Source: an uncultured delta proteobacterium
GTDB lineage: Bacteria > Desulfobacterota > Binatia > DP-6
Direction: 5' to 3'
Length of the DNA: 64,000 nucleotides
Assembly: GCA_963815115.1 (NCBI GenBank)
Contig: CAWFFN010000009.1
Location: 32,001-96,000, forward strand
Part shown: positions 54,622 to 63,600 of the stretch, one piece after another
Layout of the letters: each line of letters opens with the position of its first letter
Numbering within the stretch: position 1 is the first letter of the stretch
Program-made: the position numbers and the translations under genes
The notes under the pieces: generated by a model
The model's input: only the letters and a program-made list of their open reading frames with translations
Databases searched by the model: none
What the model was told of the DNA's origin: nothing

Positions 54622-56826
54622 CTATCCGCCGTTCGACGTCGGCACGTAGGTCCGGCAGGGCTGCGCGCGCAGCCCCGGACACGGCGGCAGCGTCGGAGGC
54701 GGGACGACGTCGGGGACGACCCCCAGCACGAGCCGCGACGGCCGGCCCCGCGTGCTCGATATCTCGTCCAGGACGGACCCGTCCGTCTCGGCGGTGACGA
54801 ACGTCCAGCGCGTGCGGTCGTCGCCGGGAGCCTCGACGCTGATGCGGATGCGCGAGCCCGCGCGGAAGACGTGGGCGACCGCGAACAGGGCGATGCGAAC
54901 CTTGGAGAACTTCCCCGGGGGCAGCGGGGCGGCGTCGCGCTCGAGGTACGTCGGGCGCGGATCGAGCTTCGACGACCGCTTGCTGTCGAGGTGCCGCATG
55001 CTGGCGCGCAGCCAGCCGCTCTGGACGTAGGCCTCCAGGCCGTCGGGCCGGATCTCGGTGAGCGTCACCTGGAGATCGGTGTCCGCGGCGCTCGAGCGCA
55101 GCCAGAGGTCGACGCTGCCGGGACCGACGATCGTCGTGTCCTCGTCCAGCGGCGGCGTCGAGTAGGCCACTGCCGTGCCGGGTGGGTACGGCCGCCAGTC
55201 GTACGGCGGCATGATGACCCACGAGGAGTCCTGGTCCGTGCCGGGCAGCGTCTGCGCGGGCCGGGCATCGGGGTCGGGATGGAAGCCGTCGATGCCGCCG
55301 TCGCTCGGCCGGGTGCGGTCGAGGGTGCCGCCGGGGCCCATGTACCACACGGACGGGCGCACGTCGGGCACCGGCCAGCGGCGAAACCCGAGCTCGAAGG
55401 TCGGCGCCGGAAGCCCCGGGGTCGATGAGCCGGCGCCGTTCTCCATGAAGATGCGCACCGCCGGATCGGACTCGAACAGTGCGCGTGCCTGCGAGTAGTC
55501 GGTGATACCGTCGAAGCGATCGGCGGGCAGCGGAGGAAGCGGGGCGCCCGGCCCGAGGATCTGGGGATAGATGAACGGTGCGATGGGCACGACGCGGCCC
55601 GGATCGGGGACCTTGCCAGCGACGTAGAGATCGAGGAACGCGATCCAGTTGTAGAGCACGTCCGGCTCGAGCGGGCTCGCGTGCACGCCGTTCTGGAGGT
55701 TGAACTTCACGTCGGGCCGCCGTGGGAAGCGGAACAGCATCGACGCGAAGTCGCCGCCCGTCTGCTCGTCCTGCCACGAATCCGCCAGGAACGTCGGCAC
55801 CTCGATCCTGTGCACCCAGTTGATGGGGGACCGGTTGTCCATCACCGAGGGCGTGTAGAACGGATAGGTCTCCGTCTGCTGCACGGGGTCCTGCGTCTGC
55901 AGGCGGAGGCGCTGGTTTGCGAGACAGGTCTGATCGCCGGCGTTCACGCGGTCGATGGCGTACGGCTGGCCGCCCTGAGGCGCAGGGCGCGCGTCGTTGG
56001 CGCGATCCTGGAGCCACGTCCCCGCGAAGCCGTTGTTGAAGATGCCGCCGGGGAAGCCGGGCGAGCGGTAGATGTCGGCGATGACCGAGAGCGGAGCCAT
56101 CGCCAGCAGGTGTGGCGGCCGCGCGCCGCCGACGAAGAGCTGGGTGATGCCGGAGAACGAGATGCCGATCAGGCCGACCTTCCCGTTCTGGACCCACGGC
56201 TGCGCCGCGACCGCCTCGATCACGTCGTAGCCATCGGCGGTGCTGGGCAGGTCGAACAGATCGAACACGCCGCCCGAGCAGCCGGAGCCGCGCATGTTCA
56301 CGCCGACGGTCGCGTACCCGAGGGCGCTCGCGAGCAGCGACACCGGCTGGGGATTGTTGGGGTCGGCGGTGGCGTAGCCCGAGTACTCGACAACGGTCGG
56401 GAACGGCCCATCGGCCATCGTCTTCCCGAGCGGCGGCCGGACCGTCGCCGCCAGCAGGGTGCCGTCACGCGTCTCGATGTACTGGAGGCCCCCGGTCAGA
56501 CTCTGGCGCTGGTAGAGGCTCGGGTCCGGGGTGTCGTCGAACGACAGGACCGTCACCTGCGCGGAGACGCCGCCAGTGGCATCGCGCACGACGTAGCCGC
56601 CGCCGGGCGTGAGCTCGCGAAAGATCAGGCTCCCGAAGCTGTCGGTCGTGCCGATCCCGACCTGCTTGCCGCGCCGGGTCTCGAGCGTGAGCTCGGTGCC
56701 GGGCGCGGCACCGGTCACGGCGACGAATCCGATGCCTCCCTGGACCGCCACGTCCGCCCGGGCGGGGGCGGTCGCGAGGAGGAAGACGAGGCTCGAGAGG
56801 ACAAGGCAAGGCCATGGGGTCCGCAT
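54622..56826 (-). CDS. Secreted CocE/NonD family hydrolase
   Basis: Signal peptide, RDGTLL, NMRGSGCSGG, GISFSG, C-terminal PepX-like domain. Confidence 0.9.
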   Translation of the reverse strand: MRTPWPCLVLSSLVFLLATAPARADVAVQGGIGFVAVTGAAPGTELTLETRRGKQVGIGTTDSFGSLIFRELTPGGGYVVRDATGGVSAQVTVLSFDDTPDPSLYQRQSLTGGLQYIETRDGTLLAATVRPPLGKTMADGPFPTVVEYSGYATADPNNPQPVSLLASALGYATVGVNMRGSGCSGGVFDLFDLPSTADGYDVIEAVAAQPWVQNGKVGLIGISFSGITQLFVGGARPPHLLAMAPLSVIADIYRSPGFPGGIFNNGFAGTWLQDRANDARPAPQGGQPYAIDRVNAGDQTCLANQRLRLQTQDPVQQTETYPFYTPSVMDNRSPINWVHRIEVPTFLADSWQDEQTGGDFASMLFRFPRRPDVKFNLQNGVHASPLEPDVLYNWIAFLDLYVAGKVPDPGRVVPIAPFIYPQILGPGAPLPPLPADRFDGITDYSQARALFESDPAVRIFMENGAGSSTPGLPAPTFELGFRRWPVPDVRPSVWYMGPGGTLDRTRPSDGGIDGFHPDPDARPAQTLPGTDQDSSWVIMPPYDWRPYPPGTAVAYSTPPLDEDTTIVGPGSVDLWLRSSAADTDLQVTLTEIRPDGLEAYVQSGWLRASMRHLDSKRSSKLDPRPTYLERDAAPLPPGKFSKVRIALFAVAHVFRAGSRIRISVEAPGDDRTRWTFVTAETDGSVLDEISSTRGRPSRLVLGVVPDVVPPPTLPPCPGLRAQPCRTYVPTSNGG

Positions 56827-56833
56827 CGCAGAG

Positions 56834-56863
56834 GATGTACGAGGGGGGTCGCCATGCTGTCAA
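56834..56863 (-). promoter_or_regulatory. Putative leaderless promoter of the CocE gene
   Basis: TTGACA-18bp-TACATC-7nt-ATG, no Shine-Dalgarno. Confidence 0.5.
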
Positions 56864-57044
56864 CGTAAACGCAGGCTCGTGGCCCGCGCCGCTTCCTGCC
56901 ATGGCGGGTGCGCAGCTGAACTGTCGCGGGTCGCTGCCCCCTGCTGGGTGAATCGGCGACGTGTCCTCCGCCGGGGGTCTGGCTGCCCCGACGGCCTCCC
57001 ATCGCCCGCTCGGGCGGGGTGCTACCGCCGAGGAGGTGCCCACG

Positions 57045-57076
57045 CTGTAGCGTCGCTACACCTGGTGTAGCGCCTC
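57045..57076 (+). promoter_or_regulatory. Composite motif, site 1: CTGTAGCGTCGCTACA-CCTGG-TGTAGCGCCTC
   Basis: Palindrome plus a third half-site; 28/32 identical to site 2. Confidence 0.7.
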
Positions 57077-57089
57077 AGGGACGACGGTC

Positions 57090-57509
57090 ATGCCGTTGCG
57101 CGCTTCCCGAGGGAACCATGACGGATCGCACGGGCTGATCCGTCGCGAGGGCGACTACTGGACCATCGCCTACGACGGAACCGTCGTGCGCCTGAGGGAC
57201 GCCAAGGGCTTGCGCTACCTCGACCACCTGCTGCGGCATCCGGGACGCGTGTTCCTCGCCGGGGAGCTGCTCATCGCCGTGGGGCGCGCTGAGCGGCGGG
57301 AATCCCAGCCGGAGGGTGCGCCGGGCGTCGTGCCCGGCGCGAGCCCGGAGGCCGAGCGGGTGCGGAAGTCGGTCACCAACCGCATTCGCCAGACCGTGGC
57401 ACGGATCAGAGCAGTGCACGCGGCGCTCGGCCTTCACCTCGGGAATGCCGTCCACACGGGCACGCGGTGCGTCTACACACCGGATCGGCCCACGCGCTGG
57501 TCGGGGTAG
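57090..57509 (+). CDS. Stand-alone divergent OmpR-like winged-helix protein
   Basis: IRREGDYWTIAYDG...KGLRYLDHLLRHPGR...AERVRKSVTNRI...VHTGTRCVYTP matches the C-termini of 8926-12283 and 60697-64000; true start may be 57118 plus an indel. Confidence 0.8.
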   Translation: MPLRASRGNHDGSHGLIRREGDYWTIAYDGTVVRLRDAKGLRYLDHLLRHPGRVFLAGELLIAVGRAERRESQPEGAPGVVPGASPEAERVRKSVTNRIRQTVARIRAVHAALGLHLGNAVHTGTRCVYTPDRPTRWSG

Positions 57510-57513
57510 GGGC

Positions 57514-57545
57514 CTGTAGCGTCGCTACAACGATTGTAGCGCCTC
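57514..57545 (+). promoter_or_regulatory. Composite motif, site 2: CTGTAGCGTCGCTACA-ACGAT-TGTAGCGCCTC
   Basis: Begins 5 bp after the wHTH stop, upstream of the secreted-protein gene. Confidence 0.7.
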
Positions 57546-57729
57546 GGTATCGGGTGGGCGCAACGAGGCGGGAGGCCGCATGTCGAGGTTTTCCGGTCGG
57601 TATGTGCGTCCCTTGTAGAGGAGCTTTGTAGGACATCCAGGAGTTGCAGTGTCAGCTCTTCCTCTTGGGAGCAAGCAGGCCTGCCCGAGCATCCGAACAC
57701 CCCAATCGACGTACGAAGGAGATGATCTC

Positions 57730-59628
57730 ATGCCAGTCGGAAACAATAGCCTTCGCCAGGCGCGATGCATGCTCGCCGTCGTCACCCTCGTGGGACTCGT
57801 GGCTGCTCCGTCGAGCGCCACGGCGCGGCCCAGTGTGTTCACGCCGGCGTTCGCGGTCTCGCACGCTGGCAGCACGTTCCTGACGCTCTCGCTGACCGGC
57901 ACGGGGTTCGGCCGGCCGGGGGGCGGCTCGTTCGTCCGGGTCGTCGGCGTTGCGGGCGGCACCATCGTGTCGCTGCCCCTGCCATCGACGGACCCGAACG
58001 TCGTCATCTGGAGCGACGAGCACGTGGTCGTCAACGTTCGGCAGGATCTGAGCGCGGCCCGGATCGGAGTCGAGACGCCGAGTGGGACGAGCTCGCAGGT
58101 TCGGGCTGACCACTACGACTTCGAGGCGTTCGACACCTCGGCGGCGCTGGGCATCCACACCGGGCCGAACCACCTCGCGCTCGATGCCCAGGGTCGGGTC
58201 TGGATCAATGGGGAATTCCACTCTGGCATCGCCTATTTCGATCCGGTCGCCAATGCCGTGAAGCCGGCATTCTGGCCCCGTGTCCCGGTCCCGGTCTTTC
58301 GGTCGCTCATTGGCGGCGGCAACACGACAGCGTCGGATTGTGGCGAAGATGCCGCCTCGGATTCGAAGGGCCGTGTCTGGATCCCCGAGGGCGGTAGCAG
58401 TGGCCTCGGTCCCCGCAACCACAGTCGGATCGTCGGCTACGATCCGACAGACGGGAAGGTCATCGTCTTCAATCTGCCCGGCGACCAGAACGGCATCAAC
58501 GGCGTCGCCTGGGACCAGGCCCGCAACCGGCTCTGGTTCACGCAGATGGCCCTCCCGGGCGTGCACCCCGGAACGCTGACGAGCTTCGATCCCGACAACC
58601 CCGCCATCCCGCGTGAAGAGTACGCCTGGGACTTCGCCACGGTAGCCGAGTGCACCGGGGGGGTGTGCAGTGACGACGCGGGCCGGAGTTGCTCGCGGTT
58701 CGGCGACTGCATGATCGGGACGTTCGACTTCACGACCTCGGCGACATGCGACGACGGAACGTGCAGCAATGCGCCCTACCACCAGTGCCAGACGGTCGAG
58801 GACTGCGTCTATGCCGACAAGATCTGTCCGCCCGGGGTGGTAGACGACAGCGGGTGCTACCATGACTATCCCCTTCCCCCGGGTAACCTCCAGCCGGCGC
58901 ACCTGGTGGTGCACCCGCGGGACGGCAGCGTGTGGTGGGCAAACTACTTCCTCGGATCGAGCCTCGGCCGGCTCGACCCGGCGACGGGCCAGGTGACAAG
59001 CTTCCCGCTTGCACCGGTGCCGTTCTCGCCCGCCCAGGTGGCCGTCGACAGCCTGGAAGAGACGTTCGCCACGCTCCTCCGGCTCGTGGACGCACCGTGG
59101 GACATCGATGTCGCGTCCAACGGCGACATCGTGGCGACGGAGTTCTCCTCGAACCGGATCGCGCGCCTTCGCGGCTCGCGGGTGGGCGACCCCGGCTGTG
59201 AACGGCTCGCGCCGCCGCGCGGCTCGAGCGTTTCCTGCGCCAGTTCCGCGCAAGCGACCTTCCCGCAGACCCTTCAGCTGGCCGACCCGAGCTGCGTGAA
59301 CCCGTGCATCACCGAAAGCTTGGTGCCGGATACGTGGGTGCCCGATGCGACCGCGCCGCCGTTCACGCACAGACCCGTCACCTCGCTGCTGGGGCTCGCC
59401 TCCGACCGGAGCAAGAATCTCTGGTTCGGGGGAGGCGTCTTCGTGAAGGGCGGGAAGCACTTCGCCCTATTGCCGCCGCTCCTCGCGCTCTACCCGTCGA
59501 GCTTCAGCCCGGGGGATCTCCACGAGGGCGTTGGCGGCGGGATGGCGATCAACCAGGCGACCGGCGAGATCTGGGCGGCGGACCCCGCCGGATTGCGCCT
59601 CAACCGGCTGGTGAAGATGACCCCGTGA
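57730..59628 (+). CDS. Secreted protein: Ig/IPT-like domain plus Vgb-like beta-propeller with Cys-rich inserts
   Basis: GAAGGAG RBS, signal peptide, LTGTGFG...WSDEHV; blades DAQGRVW, DSKGRVW, RDGSVWW, SNGDIV. Confidence 0.75.
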   Translation: MPVGNNSLRQARCMLAVVTLVGLVAAPSSATARPSVFTPAFAVSHAGSTFLTLSLTGTGFGRPGGGSFVRVVGVAGGTIVSLPLPSTDPNVVIWSDEHVVVNVRQDLSAARIGVETPSGTSSQVRADHYDFEAFDTSAALGIHTGPNHLALDAQGRVWINGEFHSGIAYFDPVANAVKPAFWPRVPVPVFRSLIGGGNTTASDCGEDAASDSKGRVWIPEGGSSGLGPRNHSRIVGYDPTDGKVIVFNLPGDQNGINGVAWDQARNRLWFTQMALPGVHPGTLTSFDPDNPAIPREEYAWDFATVAECTGGVCSDDAGRSCSRFGDCMIGTFDFTTSATCDDGTCSNAPYHQCQTVEDCVYADKICPPGVVDDSGCYHDYPLPPGNLQPAHLVVHPRDGSVWWANYFLGSSLGRLDPATGQVTSFPLAPVPFSPAQVAVDSLEETFATLLRLVDAPWDIDVASNGDIVATEFSSNRIARLRGSRVGDPGCERLAPPRGSSVSCASSAQATFPQTLQLADPSCVNPCITESLVPDTWVPDATAPPFTHRPVTSLLGLASDRSKNLWFGGGVFVKGGKHFALLPPLLALYPSSFSPGDLHEGVGGGMAINQATGEIWAADPAGLRLNRLVKMTP

Positions 59629-59880
59629 TGCCCAAGGGCGCGGTCACGCTCGGCGCCAGGTTCGAATATCCCGCCGGAGAAGAAGATGGGCCTCGGCGGC
59701 AAGGTGACACCTACCGTCAATGACGAGGTGATCGGCCCAGGCATGATCGAGAAAACCTGGCCGTTCCGTCATTCGCTCAACGAAACCCAAAGGCATCGGC
59801 ATGGATCACGGCACAGCGGTGGATTCGACCTACCCAACCGCCCTTCACCTTCCGGGGCAGCCATCCATCTGCTGGCGAGA

Positions 59881-60465
59881 TCAGTCGCGGACTCGCGGCG
59901 GCAACAGGTCGTCCACGGCGATGGTCACGTCCGGGAACGCGACCACCTGGAGCCGCTCCCCGCGGACCAGGACCGTGCGCTCGCGGTAGCGGGGCGCGCT
60001 CGGCGCGGTGTAGTTCTCGACGTAATCGTCGCGGAGGTTGACGATCACGTACTGGGAGATACCGGCCTTCGCGTAGATGAAGCACTTGGTGAGCCGATCC
60101 TGCGCCAGGGACGCGTGGGCGACCTCGAGCACCAGGTGGGCCTGCGTGGGGTGCGCGGTGGCGTACCCGTCGGGCACCGGTGGGACGACGGCCACGTCGG
60201 GCTCGGGAACGGAGCGCGGGCCGGCGACGTAGTCGAGCTGCCCTCGCACGATGGCGCGATCGCCAACGGCGCGCTCCAGCACACGGTGGGCTCGCCAGAC
60301 ACCGGATGCATGCGGAGGGTTCTGCGACTCGCGGGCGACGATGACGCCCTCGAGCAGTTCGACGCGGTCGTCGGCTCCGAGGACGCCTTCGTCGACCAGT
60401 CCGAGGTATTCGTCGGCGGTGTACCCCGAAGGGCGCCGCGGCACGCGCGTCTCGACCCGAGCCAC
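59881..60465 (-). CDS. Uma2 family (DUF820) putative endonuclease
   Basis: RVELLEG, PEPDVAVV, LVLEVA..SL.QDR..K..IYAKAGI..Y.IVNL. Confidence 0.9.
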   Translation of the reverse strand: MARVETRVPRRPSGYTADEYLGLVDEGVLGADDRVELLEGVIVARESQNPPHASGVWRAHRVLERAVGDRAIVRGQLDYVAGPRSVPEPDVAVVPPVPDGYATAHPTQAHLVLEVAHASLAQDRLTKCFIYAKAGISQYVIVNLRDDYVENYTAPSAPRYRERTVLVRGERLQVVAFPDVTIAVDDLLPPRVRD

Positions 60466-60647
60466 TCGCGACGGCTACACCTCGGGCTCGCCCTCCGCAA
60501 CACTCGGGAACGGAACACGAAGAAGCCCTCAATGGTGGAGCGGCTGCCGATCATCTCAGGTCACCTTCCACCCCAGGCCGACCGCGTGGCTCCGGCCGCG
60601 CATCCCTTGCGCGCGAGATTCTCTGGATGGCGACGCTCACCCTCCGT

Positions 60648-60676
60648 GGCGCTACATCGGCTGTCGCGACACTACC
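60648..60676 (-). promoter_or_regulatory. Composite motif, site 3 (degenerate): GGTAGTGTCGCGACA-GCCGA-TGTAGCGCC
   Basis: 12/15 plus 9/9 match to sites 1 and 2 with the same 5-bp spacer; 20 bp after the stop of the STAND-wHTH gene. Confidence 0.6.
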
Positions 60677-60696
60677 GCGTGACGGCCTCGCAGCGC

Positions 60697-63600
60697 TCAG
60701 AGCCGCCAGGCGACCGGCCGTTCCGGGGTATACGAGCAGAAGACGCCGGTGCGCAGACCCTTCTCCAGATGCAGGCCGAGCGCGGGGTGCTCGGCCCGGA
60801 TGCGCTCGAGGCTGCGCCGGATCTGGTTCGTGACCGCCTTGCGCCACCGCTCGGCCGGGTCGCCCGCCGTCCGCGGCCGGCCGCCGAGCCCGTAGGCGGT
60901 CGACAGCTCCCGGGTGATCAGCTCGATCTCGTCGCGCGCGCGAGCGGCGCGACCGAGGTCCCCGCCGGCGGTGGCCTCTGCGAGCTCGTCGTGCAGGTCG
61001 TCCAGCCGCCGCTTGTACTCGGCGCGCGCGCGCGGATCGAGCATGGCCCCGAGGTCCCCCTGTGCGACCGACCGCGGCGCGTCCTCCGCGCCGTCGGCCG
61101 CGCCCGCACCGAGCGCCACGAGGTCGCCGACGTGGACCTCCGCGCCGGGGTCGCCGAGCAGGCGCACAATGTAGTGCAGCCCCTTGGTGTCCCGCACGCG
61201 GAAGGTCTTGCCGGCGTACGCGAGCGTCCAGTACTCGCCCTCGCGGCGGAAGATCCCCGCGTCGTCGGAAGGCGTTGGCGCCGGCGCAGGCGGCGCTTGT
61301 TCCTCGGCTTCGCTGCCGCCGCAAGCTTGCCCGGCAGCCAGCGCCAGCTCCTCGTCGAGGACCCGCAGGGCCCGGTCGGCAGCCCGCTCCAGCGAGAGGC
61401 TCCGCCCGGCGACGCGGTGTTCGTCGAACCCCTCGGACACCGCCGAAGCAAGCGCTTCGAAGCCGGTGCTCCACGCCAAACGGATGCCGCCTGCCGACGG
61501 CGCGCGAATGTCGGCACCCGTCCACGCGAGCTGGCGCGGCCGCACATTTGTTTCCTTGCGAGGGAGCCGCAGGTACACCGCCTCCACGGCTCCCACCAGC
61601 GTCGCTACTTCCGATGCACGCCCGCGGTGGTGGAGGACATGCGCGGCCAGCTCGACGGCGTAGGTCATCCGCTCGCCCGACCCGCTGTCGCGCGCGAGAC
61701 GGAGCGCCTGGCGCAGCGGACCGAGCGTCCGGGCGTCGTCTCCGCGATTGAACGCGAGGTGAGCCGTCATCGTGAGGATCAGTGCAAGGTGCCAGCGGTC
61801 CCCCGCCCGCTCGTATACCGCGGCGGCTTCCTCGAGCAGGTGCTCCGCGTCGGCCTCCTGTCCCCGTTTTGCCGCCACCATCGCGAGCAGCTGGCGCGAC
61901 TGGCCGACGAACTGGACCAGCCCCGACCTGGTGCCGACATCGAACGCCTCGGCGGCTCGACTCAGCGCCCCCTCGATGTCTCCGGCCTTCAATAGCTCCT
62001 GCGCCAGAAAGCTGAGCATCCACCCCATGCCCGCGGGCTCATCGACCTCGCGGAAGATCCGCAAGGCGTCCTCGAACCAGGCCGCGGGCGGCCGCGCATC
62101 GACATCGATGGCCCAGGCCGCACGTCCCATCTGCATCAACACCCAGCCCTCCAGAGCGCGGGCGCCGACCGCCCGGGAGATAGCCAGCGCTCTGCGCAGG
62201 TGCACGAGCGCCTGATCGTAGTCGAGCACATTCTCTGCCAGCAGCCCCGCCCCGACCAGCGCCATGGCGCGAATCAACTCTGGTGCTCCGGGGGCCGCTT
62301 CGAGCGCGCGCACGACCCACGCGCGCGCTTCCGGCTGCCCCGTCGTGAACCAAGGGTAGCCCAGCGCGGCGGCGATGCGCAGCGCGGCCTCGGGATCGAC
62401 CCCCGCCAGCGCGCTCTCCATCGCCTGGCGGACGTTGTCCTGCTCGTCGCGGAGCCGCGCGCTCCAGCGGCCCGGCTCGCGCATGAACCCGATCCCGGCC
62501 TTCTCCGCCAGCGCAACCACCCATTCGAGATGCCGCCACACAACCCGGTCGCGCTCGCCGGCCTCGCGCAGCCGTTCGGCCGCATACTGACGGACCGGCT
62601 CGAGCATCCGGAGACGCGGCTCGGCGCGGTCGTGGTCGACCGTGACCATCGACCTGCTGGCCAGGCGCTCGACCGCGTCGGCCACGCCGGCGCGCTCGAC
62701 GCCGTCCCCGTCGGCGACCTGCTCGGCGGCGTCGAGCGTGAAGCCACCCGCGAAGACGGAGAGCCGCCGGAAGACGATCTGCTCGTCGGCGGCGAGCAGC
62801 TGATGGCTCCAGTCGAGGGTGGCCCGCATCGTCTGCTGGCGATCGGGACGGCTGCGCCCGCCGTGGGTGAGCAGCTCCAGCTGCTCCCCGAGGCGGGCGG
62901 CCACCTGCTCCGGGCTGAGCGTGCGCAGCCGTGCGGCGGCCAGCTCGATGGCGAGCGGAAGCCCCGCGAGCTCCGCGCAGATCCTGGCCAGCGCTGCGGC
63001 GTTGCCGTCGGTGAGCCGGAAGCCCGGCCGCACGTCACCGCCACGCTCGATCAGGAGCCGGACGGCACCGTATTCGGCCAGCCGGTCGAGCGACTCCAGC
63101 GCATCCGGATCGGGCCGGTCGAGCGGCGGGACGGGTCGCTCGACCTCCCCGGGCAGGCGCAGCGGCTCCCGGCTGGTCGCCAGCACGTGCAGTTGGGCGC
63201 ACGCCAGCAGCAGCTCGCTCACGAGAGCGGCCACCGCGGCGACGACGTGCTCGCAGTTGTCGAGTACGAGGAGGAGGTCGCGTTCGGCCAGCGAGGCGCA
63301 CAGGAACTCGCTCGCCGACCTGCCGGCGGTGGGCTCGCGCATGCCGAGCGCCCCGAGCACGGCCTCGGGCACCAGCGCGTCGGTGCGGAGGCCCGCCAGC
63401 TCGACCAGGCACACGCCGTCGTGATGCTGATCCTCGACGCGCCTCACGGCCTCCAGCGCGAGACGCGTCTTGCCCGAGCCCCCGGCGCCCGTGAGCGTGA
63501 CGAGCCGTCGGGACGCGAGGAGATCAACCAGCTCACGCAGCTCCTGCTCGCGCCCCACGAACGAGGTCGTCGGCGCCGGCAGGTGGCTCACGCCGTTCGT

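Noticed and set aside
57045-57545. CRISPR array from the 32-bp palindromic repeats
   Set aside because: Only two close copies separated by a 437-bp gene-containing interval; no cas genes
59800-59850. tRNA-like GGTCGAATCC on the minus strand
   Set aside because: No cloverleaf or acceptor stem can be built
60466-60483. TGTAGCCGTCGC (minus strand) at the Uma2 RBS as a motif site
   Set aside because: Partial match needing a gap; could be chance
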